DNA of 38,825 nt from a virus. The translations under genes and the position numbers were made by a program. This document shows positions 16,832-25,615 of the stretch, piece after piece. Under the pieces are notes generated by a model. That model saw only the letters and a program-made list of their open reading frames with translations. It did not search any database and had not been told where the DNA came from. Location: the UHGV virus genome UHGV-0212475, one strand, 5' to 3'. How positions within the stretch are numbered: position 1 is the stretch's first letter; each line of letters starts with the position of its first letter.

Positions 16832-17539
16832 ATGTCAGAAAAAACAAAATTAGTTATCGTTAGTGTAGAGGATTCAGAAATTTCAACTAAATTACAAGTA
16901 GCAAAATTGGATTATTCAGAAATGTATGATGCAGTAGCGTACAAACAACAATACAACAAAGACACAGAAGAATGGGAAGATTCAAAAGAAGCAACTAAAA
17001 AATATAAAGAAGCACTAGAGGTTGCTGGTGGCTCATTTGAAGAAGATAAGGAAATTGAATTATTTGTTGATGAACAATCAGGCAAAGCATACTTTACAGA
17101 AGGTTCTGGATTTATCAAAATTGAGAAACCGCTGGTCAGCTTAAAACGTATTAAGAAAGCACCAATTGTTGCAATTCAAGATTCACCTAAATGTCGTTCA
17201 GTAGTAATTGAACATAAAGGTAAGCACTACGCATTCAACTTCAACACAGGTGTATGGTTAGAAAAGAAAAAACAATTCATTCCAAACAAAGCAAAAATTG
17301 CAAAAGCAAAAGTACGCTTCAATGAAGTATTTGAAGATGTTGGTGTGGATTGGGACAATGCAAAAGAAAAAGCAATTGGACTGGTTGTTGATGTAACAGT
17401 TAACAAAAACCCATTAGACACAACAAGCAACGTGGGTTGGTTAGAAGCGTTACCACTTGACCCAGATGACCAACCAGAACAAAAACCAGTGGTTGAAGGT
17501 AATTCAATTGATATTGGTGATGACGATTTACCATTCTAA
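16832..17539 (+). CDS. putative ssDNA-binding protein (SSB-like acidic C-terminal tail DDDLPF)
   Basis: 235 aa; the C-terminal ...IGDDDLPF matches the canonical SSB protein-interaction tip; N-terminal region is not a recognisable canonical OB-fold SSB by eye. Confidence 0.5.
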   Translation: MSEKTKLVIVSVEDSEISTKLQVAKLDYSEMYDAVAYKQQYNKDTEEWEDSKEATKKYKEALEVAGGSFEEDKEIELFVDEQSGKAYFTEGSGFIKIEKPLVSLKRIKKAPIVAIQDSPKCRSVVIEHKGKHYAFNFNTGVWLEKKKQFIPNKAKIAKAKVRFNEVFEDVGVDWDNAKEKAIGLVVDVTVNKNPLDTTSNVGWLEALPLDPDDQPEQKPVVEGNSIDIGDDDLPF

Positions 17540-17550
17540 AATAAACAAAC

Positions 17551-17586
17551 AAAACCCTTGACATATGTTAGGGGTTTTGTTATTAT
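17551..17586 (+). terminator. terminator-promoter fusion: AAAACCC/GGGGTTTT hairpin with TTGACA (17558-17563) in the loop and TATTAT (17581-17586) after the U-tract
   Basis: stem 7 bp; downstream TTTTGTTATTAT. Confidence 0.55.
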
Positions 17587-17608
17587 ATACATATAGGAGG
17601 GAATAACA

Positions 17609-17833
17609 ATGAAAAACACATTTAATGTAGGACAATACGTAGAACTTAAAAATGACAATCACAATGGTATTGGTAACAAAGGTGATAAAGTTTATATATT
17701 AGCTAAAGTATTTAAGCCAATTGATGGTGTAGAACTTATCTGTAGATTCGCAAACGGAGCCACGGAAGGGTTTTTACAACGTGAGTTGAAATTAGCAACA
17801 AAAAAACTTGACAAAATTGTAGTTGTAAAGTAA
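17609..17833 (+). CDS. hypothetical protein (74 aa)
   Basis: ATAGGAGGGAATAACA RBS. Confidence 0.5.
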   Translation: MKNTFNVGQYVELKNDNHNGIGNKGDKVYILAKVFKPIDGVELICRFANGATEGFLQRELKLATKKLDKIVVVK

Positions 17834-17866
17834 AATAATAGTATAAACAAATTGGAGGAATTAATA
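17831..17866 (+). repeat. 36-bp direct repeat copy 1 (TAAAATAaTAGTATAAACAAATTGGAGGAATTAATA) immediately 5' of dam
   Basis: 35/36 identical to 18593-18628. Confidence 0.85.
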
Positions 17867-18595
17867 ATGAAATATGTAGGAAGTAAAAATAGACTTAGTA
17901 AAGAGTTAGCACCAATTATTCAATCATACATTAACGATAATACAGTGGCATATATTGAACCTTTTGTAGGTGGAGCAAATATGATTGATAAAATAAAACA
18001 TCATAATAAAATTGGAAGTGACCTACACAAAGAATTAATAGCTTTGCATAAGTTCAATAGAGATTATAGTGATACTTTACCAAATACAATCACAGAAGAA
18101 CAGTATTTAAACGTTAAAAATAACAAGGAGTCATATAGTGATTATATAGTTGGTTTAGTTGGTTTTTGTGCAACGTTTGGGGCTAAATACTTTGGTGGAT
18201 ATGCTAGAGGATATAAAGCTGACGGAGTCACACCACGTGACTTACCTAATGAAGCAATAAGAAACTTACAAAAACAAGCACCAAACATTCAAGGGATTAA
18301 GTTTGAATGTAAGTCATTTACTGATTATAACCCTTCTGATTATAAAAATTGCGTGTTCTACTTAGACCCACCATATAGAAAAACATTATCATATTCAACC
18401 GGTGGTTTTCCATATGAAGAATTTGATAAATGGGCTATAGAGTTAGCAAAAAACAACACTGTATTAATAAGTGAATATGAATTACCTGAAGATAAATTTG
18501 AATGCATCTGGAGTAAAGATGTTAAAGTTGGGATAAGTGGTCAAGGAGATATAAAAAATAAAAAAAGAGTTGAAAAATTATTTAAAGTACGTTAA
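17867..18595 (+). CDS. dam: DNA N6-adenine methyltransferase, D12/Dam family
   Basis: 242 aa from the ATG at 17867; N-terminal KYVGSKNRL, EPFVGGANM and DPPY motifs. Confidence 0.85.
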   Translation: MKYVGSKNRLSKELAPIIQSYINDNTVAYIEPFVGGANMIDKIKHHNKIGSDLHKELIALHKFNRDYSDTLPNTITEEQYLNVKNNKESYSDYIVGLVGFCATFGAKYFGGYARGYKADGVTPRDLPNEAIRNLQKQAPNIQGIKFECKSFTDYNPSDYKNCVFYLDPPYRKTLSYSTGGFPYEEFDKWAIELAKNNTVLISEYELPEDKFECIWSKDVKVGISGQGDIKNKKRVEKLFKVR

Positions 18596-18628
18596 AATAC
18601 TAGTATAAACAAATTGGAGGAATTAATA
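18593..18628 (+). repeat. 36-bp direct repeat copy 2 immediately 3' of dam and 5' of polB
   Basis: TAAAATAcTAGTATAAACAAATTGGAGGAATTAATA. Confidence 0.85.
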
Positions 18629-18629
18629 C

Positions 18630-20921
18630 ATGAAGAACATTGCAGAATTTAAAAAGGCACCAGAACTAGCTGAAAAATTATTGGAGGTATTCAGCAATTT
18701 AAAAGGTAATTCACGAAGTCTTGACCCTATGAGAGCTGGTCAACATGATGTGGTTGTCATTGAATCTACCAAAAAGTTATCAGCAAAAGGAAAAGAAATG
18801 AAAGTAGTTAAAATGCGTTCATTAGAAGATGGTAGGGACGTTACAAGCTACATCATGAAGTTTCGCAAATATGACTGGGACAAATGGAAAAATGTTGAAG
18901 TTGGTGACCGTTTATTAATTGACTTGAAATTTAGCAATGGTTTTGCTACAGTCAAACCTATTAGAAGTATTTCAAAAGGTAATGAAACACCGTTCAAACC
19001 AAGCGAAGCATTAACAAAGCAAACCATTTTATTATTTGATATTGAGATTTTTAAACATGACAGTTTATTTGTATTTCGTGATTACTTTACCAAAGAATGG
19101 TTTATCATTAATAATGACCTTGACGAATTACGCAAGTTTTACCTTGAATACCGTGATTCAATGTTTATTGGGTATAACAATGCGTCATATGATAACAATG
19201 TAATGCGTGGATATTTACAAGGCAAAAACGCTTATCAGATGTCTAAGACAATTATTGAATCAGATAACAGGGGTCTAGTTTACAAGATGTTTGATAGTCA
19301 TAAAACACCGCTGTTTGGAATGGACCTGTACCAAGATAACAAAGGTTTTAGCTTAAAAGAGCATTCAGCTTTCTTAGGTATTAACATTAAAGAAACAGAA
19401 GTAGATTTTGACATGGATAGACCATTGACAGATGAAGAAAAAGAGAAAAATGTTGCATATTGCATGAATGATGTGTTAGCAACTGAAAAACGTTTTGAGC
19501 AAAACATTGGTATGTTATTGGCTAAAGCAACCATTGCTTTAATGTTTGATATGGATAAGACAGACCTATTACAAACCAATGCTAATTTAACAGCTAAGTT
19601 ACTTGGTGCAACTAAACAAGAAGTTAGACAAGACTTGACAGACCCATTAGAATTAGATAAACGATTAAATATCAATACAAAAGAGATTGCAGAAGCATAC
19701 TTGAACCATGAGTTTGAACTAAATGAAGATGGTAAATTGAACGTGTCATTAGAGTACACGGACGACGATGGATATACAATGATTTTTGGTAGTGGTGGTG
19801 TACATGGTGCTAAATCTAGTTACATTCACATTGGAATGTTCCCAATGCGTGACTGGGGTTCACTATATCCAAACACAATGGAACAATTTAATTTACTATC
19901 AAGAAATATTCCAAAGGATAAAATTCACCGCTACGGTGACTTACTAAAACAACGTATGGACGCCAAGTATTCAGGTGAAGAAGTGGCAAACATTAAAGGT
20001 GTAGAAGTGCCAACATATGTAATGATTAACGGTATCAAGTTACCATTGAACACTAAGTTTGGAGCAAGTGGTGCGCAGTTCAATGGTTTATATGACCCAA
20101 GAAACCAATTCTTAGTTTGTGCAACTGGTCAATTGATTATGACAAACATGTATGAATTAATTAAAGGTAAAGCACAATTCATTCAATCAAATACAGATGC
20201 ACATGCATATATTCCAAACAGTGAAGCAGATGATAAAGCTATTGATGAAGCATTAGATGAATTTGCTAACAAGATTGGGCTAACATTGGATAAGGATATG
20301 TTCCGTGAAATTTGGCAAAAAGATGTAAATAACTACATTGCAGTACAACCAAATGGAAAAGTAAAAGTAAAAGGCGCTATTGGCTTAACAGGTGGAATGA
20401 AAGTGTCAAAAGCTATTGTATCTAATGCATTCATCAATTATCTGGTAGCTGGTAAAGATTATAAAGAGTTTATCAATGAATGTAATGAACTAAGACAGTT
20501 TCAAATTATTACTAAAACAGGTTGGACCTTTGATAGAACGGTTGCACGTGATAGTGAAGGTAATGAGTTCAACGCACAGAAGGTTAACCGTGTGTTTGCA
20601 GTAAAAGATAAAACTAATGCAGTAGAATTATTTAAGGTCAAAGAAGGTCAATTATTAGATATTGAAGCAGATGAATTTAAGGATAACATTTCATATACAA
20701 AAGGATTGGCAAACGCACCCGAATACTACACAATCAGTAATGAAGCGATTGGTGAAGGTATTACAATTGATGAAGTTGACAAACAATACTATATTGACCA
20801 AGTAGAAGATACGCTTGAACTTTGGTTTGGTGAGAACTGGAAAGAACGTATTGAACAAGCGCATCATGAACGTAATGCACAAGGATTCAAACCAGTGGAA
20901 GTAAAAAATTATATTGATTAG
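18630..20921 (+). CDS. family-B DNA polymerase with 3'-5' exonuclease domain
   Basis: 763 aa; Exo I LLFDIEIF, motif A DWGSLYPN (DxxSLYPS), motif B K-x3-NTKFG, motif C-like QSNTDAH. Confidence 0.8.
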   Translation: MKNIAEFKKAPELAEKLLEVFSNLKGNSRSLDPMRAGQHDVVVIESTKKLSAKGKEMKVVKMRSLEDGRDVTSYIMKFRKYDWDKWKNVEVGDRLLIDLKFSNGFATVKPIRSISKGNETPFKPSEALTKQTILLFDIEIFKHDSLFVFRDYFTKEWFIINNDLDELRKFYLEYRDSMFIGYNNASYDNNVMRGYLQGKNAYQMSKTIIESDNRGLVYKMFDSHKTPLFGMDLYQDNKGFSLKEHSAFLGINIKETEVDFDMDRPLTDEEKEKNVAYCMNDVLATEKRFEQNIGMLLAKATIALMFDMDKTDLLQTNANLTAKLLGATKQEVRQDLTDPLELDKRLNINTKEIAEAYLNHEFELNEDGKLNVSLEYTDDDGYTMIFGSGGVHGAKSSYIHIGMFPMRDWGSLYPNTMEQFNLLSRNIPKDKIHRYGDLLKQRMDAKYSGEEVANIKGVEVPTYVMINGIKLPLNTKFGASGAQFNGLYDPRNQFLVCATGQLIMTNMYELIKGKAQFIQSNTDAHAYIPNSEADDKAIDEALDEFANKIGLTLDKDMFREIWQKDVNNYIAVQPNGKVKVKGAIGLTGGMKVSKAIVSNAFINYLVAGKDYKEFINECNELRQFQIITKTGWTFDRTVARDSEGNEFNAQKVNRVFAVKDKTNAVELFKVKEGQLLDIEADEFKDNISYTKGLANAPEYYTISNEAIGEGITIDEVDKQYYIDQVEDTLELWFGENWKERIEQAHHERNAQGFKPVEVKNYID

Positions 20922-20936
20922 AATTTTCTAATCAAT
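20913..20936 (+). promoter_or_regulatory. perfect palindrome ATTGATTAGAA-tt-TTCTAATCAAT overlapping the polB stop codon
   Basis: 11-bp arms, no U-tract; terminator-like hairpin or protein-binding site. Confidence 0.4.
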
Positions 20937-21014
20937 ATCTTATTTAAATCTAAATACAAATAAGCGCTGATAATGTATACTATTAGTATAAGATAAAGAG
21001 AGGAAGTAATAGAA

Positions 21015-21185
21015 ATGAAAAAAATACTTATCAGTGCTTATTATTTAACAGACAGACACCCTGATGGAGGAATTGTAAAAGTAGTTAATATGAATAATGA
21101 AACTGCCACTGTTTACTATGTATTTGATAGAAGTAAAAAACAGTTCACAGTTAAAGTATCAGATTTATATTTTGATGAAGATTAA
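21015..21185 (+). CDS. hypothetical small protein (56 aa)
   Basis: AGAGAGGAAGTAATAGAA RBS; preceded by TGtATACT extended -10 (20973-20981). Confidence 0.4.
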   Translation: MKKILISAYYLTDRHPDGGIVKVVNMNNETATVYYVFDRSKKQFTVKVSDLYFDED

Positions 21186-21199
21186 TAGGAGGAATTTAA

Positions 21200-21427
21200 A
21201 TGATTACAGTATATACTAAAAACAATTGCATGCCTTGCAAAATGACAAAACGTAAATTACAAGAGTTAGGAGTTAGCTATAAAGAAATTAATGTAGATGA
21301 AGATTTGAGTGCATTAGAATATTTAATGGAATGTGGATTTCGTTCTTTACCTGTTGTGTTCAATAATGATGGTCCTATTGTAATTGGTGGATATGCACCA
21401 AACATCTTAGAAACCATTGTTTCATAG
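21200..21427 (+). CDS. nrdH: NrdH-like glutaredoxin
   Basis: 75 aa; CMPC redox motif near the N-terminus; TAGGAGGAATTTAA RBS. Confidence 0.75.
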   Translation: MITVYTKNNCMPCKMTKRKLQELGVSYKEINVDEDLSALEYLMECGFRSLPVVFNNDGPIVIGGYAPNILETIVS

Positions 21428-21431
21428 GAGC

Positions 21432-21516
21432 ATTCTAAGCACGTTTCAGATTCAAAGTAAGGTGATTATACATTAAAACGCAAATAAAGACACCCAATAT
21501 AGGGTGTCTTTTTGTT
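21432..21516. repeat. about 65-bp direct repeat copy A plus bidirectional intrinsic terminator (AAAGACACCC-aatata-GGGTGTCTTT); right boundary of the lysis cassette
   Basis: ATTCTAAGCacGTTTCAGATTcAAAGTAAGGTGATTATacATTAAAAcGCAAATAAAgACACC is about 90% identical to 23204-23267; U-tracts on both strands. Confidence 0.8.
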
Positions 21517-22614
21517 TTATACTAATGTTCCCCACGTGTTGTTAGGGTCGCCGTCATCTGGTCCAATTGGTAAGTAAATACGTGTACCATTAGTGTCTGT
21601 TCCACCAATCCACACATAACCATCACCAACTGTTATTTCATCATACTTGAATACTGCACCTTGTTTCCATGTTCCATATACTGGCGCATATACGCTTGGT
21701 CGTCCACTGCGTAAAATAATAGCGCCAACACCAATTGTAAACTGATTGACTGGTTTACTTGGTTTTGGTGGGAACTTAGTGTTAAGGTCCTCTAAGTCGC
21801 CAGCGTTAGCATATGTTACAAATTTACCACTGTTTTCAATCTTATAAGGATTGACTGCACCTTGTTTCACTTCTGTAATTGTACCAACTTGGGTCCAAAG
21901 ACTTGCACCAGCTACGAATGGTACCACTGGTCCATTGTATGATTTGTGACCGTTATAAATATAAACATTTTGACCTTTTTTGAATGTCTTTGGTTTGCTT
22001 GGTGTTGGTTTTACTGATTCACCAGATACCCCATTGGCTAAGTCTTTAGCTAGTTGCGCTTTACTAATTCCCATTTCTGCTAAGTAACCATATGGGTCTG
22101 TGTGGTCACCCCATACATAATCTGATACCCATTTGTGAGAGATAACACCTTTTTCCCAAACAGAAGAACCTTGGTCAAGTGTCATAGGAATACCAAACTT
22201 TTTACCCATGTCCCTTGTATAATCAATATATGCTTTATAGTTCTTTTTGAACAACTCTTTATCATGTGTGTGTTGTAACTCAATTTGAATAGGTGCGTAT
22301 GGGTTTGCATTACCAGCACCCCATGAAATATTGCCCTCTGGTGCAATCTTATAAACAATACCACCGTCACCAATGATAGCTGTTGTATGTGCATTAAACC
22401 AGTTATTTTTCATGTACGTTGCTTCATTTCGTCCTGTGGCACGTTCATTGGCAGTTTCGTGTAAGATAATCTTATTAGGTACTGCAACCTGTCCTGAACC
22501 TTCCCAAGGGCTTAAATTGAACTCGTTATTAACTTCATATGCGTTAGCTGTTTGCATTCCAGCAAACAAACCAATGGTTGCTAATGCACCAAATAAAATA
22601 CCTTTTAATTTCAT
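21517..22614 (-). CDS. endolysin: Sec signal peptide + N-acetylmuramoyl-L-alanine amidase (amidase_2/PGRP) + 2x SH3b
   Basis: 365 aa; N-terminal MKLKGILFGALATIGLFAGMQTANA (signal peptide-like, predicted cleavage after ANA); amidase_2-like HETANERATG...ELQHTH; C-terminal SH3b-like repeats; AGGAGGA RBS. Confidence 0.85.
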   Translation of the reverse strand: MKLKGILFGALATIGLFAGMQTANAYEVNNEFNLSPWEGSGQVAVPNKIILHETANERATGRNEATYMKNNWFNAHTTAIIGDGGIVYKIAPEGNISWGAGNANPYAPIQIELQHTHDKELFKKNYKAYIDYTRDMGKKFGIPMTLDQGSSVWEKGVISHKWVSDYVWGDHTDPYGYLAEMGISKAQLAKDLANGVSGESVKPTPSKPKTFKKGQNVYIYNGHKSYNGPVVPFVAGASLWTQVGTITEVKQGAVNPYKIENSGKFVTYANAGDLEDLNTKFPPKPSKPVNQFTIGVGAIILRSGRPSVYAPVYGTWKQGAVFKYDEITVGDGYVWIGGTDTNGTRIYLPIGPDDGDPNNTWGTLV

Positions 22615-22616
22615 AC

Positions 22617-22850
22617 TTATTTGTCCTCCTTATTGTCTTTAATACCTTTTGTTGTTGGGTCTATAACTACCCCTAAAATACTTAATACAACGAATACCGC
22701 ATTAACAACATCAATTAGTTGTTGGCTCAAACCAGTTAGGTTTGATAAGTCTAATCCAAAAATGTTTCCCACAACTTGAATCAGAACAATTACTGCTGGA
22801 ATTAAAGCAATCCAGAACGCTTTGTTTTTGATACGTGTTTTCCAATCCAT
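22617..22850 (-). CDS. holin (phiLC3/LL-H-like, 2 TM)
   Basis: 78 aa from the internal ATG at 22850 with AAGGAGAG RBS; MDWKTRIKNKAFWIALIPAVIVL...; charged C-terminus. Confidence 0.75.
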   Translation of the reverse strand: MDWKTRIKNKAFWIALIPAVIVLIQVVGNIFGLDLSNLTGLSQQLIDVVNAVFVVLSILGVVIDPTTKGIKDNKEDK

Positions 22851-22864
22851 TTTTAACACTCTCC

Positions 22865-23110
22865 TTATAATATAGTTATAATAGCACCAATAACAGCAAC
22901 AATAATTGCCCCTGATACTGTGCGTGTTAGCCAAGTTAAACGGTCATTTATACTAGCAATGTCTTTCTCATTTTGAATTGAACGGTGATGGGTTTCACTC
23001 AATAAATTATTGTTTGCCTTTAATTCATTTTTCAAGTCTGGAATACCTTCCAAGTTTGATTCAATTCTAGCTAGTTGTACTTTTATTTCCATGAAGTCCT
23101 TATCTTCCAT
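22865..23110 (-). CDS. XhlA-like protein (coiled coil + C-terminal TM; lysis accessory)
   Basis: 81 aa; GGGAGATG RBS; amphipathic N-terminus with C-terminal TM GAIIVAVIGAIITIL. Confidence 0.55.
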   Translation of the reverse strand: MEDKDFMEIKVQLARIESNLEGIPDLKNELKANNNLLSETHHRSIQNEKDIASINDRLTWLTRTVSGAIIVAVIGAIITIL

Positions 23111-23203
23111 GCCTACATCTCCCTATCTTATTATAATCACCGCCTTTCAGCTACTATTATAGTATAGCATTTAAATAAGGGAAATAGTGTGCTTCACAGG
23201 ATG

Positions 23204-23285
23204 ATTCTAAGCGTTTTTCAGATTAAAAGTAAGGTGATTATGTATTAAAAAGCAAATAAAAAACACCCCAAAAAGAGGTGTTTTT
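23204..23285. repeat. about 65-bp direct repeat copy B plus intrinsic terminator (AAAAACACC-ccaaaaaga-GGTGTTTTT) 3' of tal; left boundary of the lysis cassette
   Basis: homologous to 21432-21494. Confidence 0.8.
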
Positions 23286-23288
23286 ACC

Positions 23289-25604
23289 TTATTTGAACAC
23301 TTTTGTTATTTGACAAGCTGGTACACTTGATATGAAGCTGTACTTATTTGCTTCAACTGAAATACGTATACCAACAAACTGGTCTTTTTTAAGCTCTAAT
23401 ACAAATGAACCTGTAGAAATCCATCTGAAACTTAGTGAGCTACCACCATTATTACCAATTGCATGTAAATACCCAGCACCACCATTTGTTATCAATCCCC
23501 CTATATCATCTGCAACAATCATTTCTGTATATACATATCGTGATTGTGTGCTTGTTCCATCTCCTTGATGTCGCAGTGTAACATCAAATTTTAGTATGCA
23601 ATCCTCTTTTACCTGCATTGCATCACGATTAGGATTAAACCATATTAATTTATTATGTTCAGCTTCTGATGTGTTGAAGTCTGTACCACTAAATGGTCCA
23701 ATTGGTAATAGGGTTCTTGTTGGTGATTTATCTAAACTTGCACCAGCACTATAAAAGGCGCTAAATTGCTTTTTATTATTTACTGTGATACCTTCTGCTT
23801 CTAACTTAGTGTTGTTAGTTAGAACACCACCTTCAATCTTTTGGATTGACATGTTACCACTACCAATTGTTGTATTGGTTTGTATGTTTTTAGTGTAGTC
23901 ATTTGTATCAATTGTCATTGAGCCATCGCTTAGTGTTGCGATGTCTTGATGTTCTACTGTTGTGCCTGTTGCTAGGTCATATGACTTTGATGTGTTTGTT
24001 AGTCTTGCGTATTGAATAAGTGTGTTTTCTTCACTTCTTAGTTTCTCTGTTCCGCCTGTTACTGTTACAAATGTGTCATTATCTTGGAATATTTTACCAT
24101 CACCAATTGTTGTAGTCCCAACACGTCTTGCAGTTCCACCAATGATAGCTTCTGTTTTATTCCATGTGTTGATAAATTCAGAACCATTGATAATTGAACC
24201 ATTGATGTTTACTGCGTTTAATGTTTCAATGTTAAGCACAGATTGGTCAATTGTTTGGTCTTGCCATTGACCACCTTTATACACCTTGTATGCACTAACC
24301 TTCTGTTCTGGCTCTGGTTCTGCTAATGGTGCTACACTTCTAAATAGTGTAGTACGTTGTACTGATTCTTGAACCCACCAGATATCATTTTCTTTTGGCA
24401 ACTCTGGTTCGTCTGGTTGTACAAAAACACGTGGTACACTATTAAATTTCGCTGTTGTTTCATTGTCAATTTTAATTTGAATATCTCGCAACTGTTCAGC
24501 AATTCCAGATTGTAAACGTACAAAATTAGATAGAACTGCTTCACAAGTGTTTGATTCATAATTAAATGTCAATTGTTGAACACGTGAGCTAAGATATAGT
24601 TTTTCGTTTTCGTCAACTAGTTCAACGGTATCACCTACCTGCAAAATGTCAGGAATGTTTGCAATGTCTACAATGTAATTCGTTACTGGTTGACTGTATT
24701 TTTTAAGATGTGAAACCACGTTATTTACTAGCGTTGTTTTGTTAGTTGTTTCATATGTCTTATATTGTACAAAATAATGTGAATTGTTGTTTTCACGTGA
24801 CCATTGCTTGATGTTCTGCGTATCACGTATAATACCATCACTCTTGTTTAATACAAAGCGTCCTTCTGGGTCCGTCCATGTAAAGCCTTTTAAATTTATA
24901 GGTGTATCCTTACCTTCTTCTGTTCCACCTGTTGCATAGATAGCATTCACAAGTTCGTAAATATCTTCTTCAACTACGATTGAGTGGATATCTCTATTCA
25001 CATACATTCTGTGAAAATCTGTTGTACCACGTTTTTTCTTGATGTCAATGTAGCGTTGTTTTAATTCGTTACCTACAAAGTCAAAACTAAATTCTAGTTC
25101 TGCATTATCAAATTGAGTTGCTACTGATTGAATGCGTTCTAATGCTGTTGCTTCACCTTCCCATTCCAGTTTTCGTGTAAGGTTTGGTATTTCATTTACA
25201 CCAATCTTAAAACCACTGTCAGAAGTGAATTTATTAATGTAATACGCAATGTTGTAAGCCTTGTCTGCTTTGTAGTCACTTACTGTTTCATTTAATAAGT
25301 CCAGTCCAGCATCTTCACATTCTAATGTTCTAACCTGTGTGAGTGGATTGTGTGTTGCTTTTAATATTGTCATCCACTCATATTTACCATTCAAGTCAAT
25401 ATACAGTACATAGTTACCAACTTTGAAAAAGTCTTTTGCTTGGTCTGTTGTTGATGGTGTGAAGCTGATTTCCATTGTCATTCTACGTGAAGATGTTTCA
25501 AGAGTAGAAACATCTTCCGCAGAAATTACTTTAAATGGTGTATCACCGTTTGTGCTTGTTACTGTTTTTAATTGAAAAGTTCTGTCTGTGATATAAAAGT
25601 CCAT
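23289..25604 (-). CDS. tail-associated lysin / baseplate hub (Tal) with extended C-terminal receptor-binding region
   Basis: 771 aa; N-terminus MDFYITDRTFQLK... resembles Tal/gp27-like (prophage-tail) proteins; GGAGGAAT RBS; immediately follows dit. Confidence 0.75.
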   Translation of the reverse strand: MDFYITDRTFQLKTVTSTNGDTPFKVISAEDVSTLETSSRRMTMEISFTPSTTDQAKDFFKVGNYVLYIDLNGKYEWMTILKATHNPLTQVRTLECEDAGLDLLNETVSDYKADKAYNIAYYINKFTSDSGFKIGVNEIPNLTRKLEWEGEATALERIQSVATQFDNAELEFSFDFVGNELKQRYIDIKKKRGTTDFHRMYVNRDIHSIVVEEDIYELVNAIYATGGTEEGKDTPINLKGFTWTDPEGRFVLNKSDGIIRDTQNIKQWSRENNNSHYFVQYKTYETTNKTTLVNNVVSHLKKYSQPVTNYIVDIANIPDILQVGDTVELVDENEKLYLSSRVQQLTFNYESNTCEAVLSNFVRLQSGIAEQLRDIQIKIDNETTAKFNSVPRVFVQPDEPELPKENDIWWVQESVQRTTLFRSVAPLAEPEPEQKVSAYKVYKGGQWQDQTIDQSVLNIETLNAVNINGSIINGSEFINTWNKTEAIIGGTARRVGTTTIGDGKIFQDNDTFVTVTGGTEKLRSEENTLIQYARLTNTSKSYDLATGTTVEHQDIATLSDGSMTIDTNDYTKNIQTNTTIGSGNMSIQKIEGGVLTNNTKLEAEGITVNNKKQFSAFYSAGASLDKSPTRTLLPIGPFSGTDFNTSEAEHNKLIWFNPNRDAMQVKEDCILKFDVTLRHQGDGTSTQSRYVYTEMIVADDIGGLITNGGAGYLHAIGNNGGSSLSFRWISTGSFVLELKKDQFVGIRISVEANKYSFISSVPACQITKVFK

Positions 25605-25615
25605 TATGATTCCTC

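Noticed and set aside
19298-19759. 153-aa minus-strand ORF inside polB, plus other antisense ORFs in large genes (7621..7911, 10936..11241, 15644..16123, 33316..33630, 36544..37476, 23332..24270)
   Set aside because: All are embedded antisense in strongly supported genes and lack translation signals.
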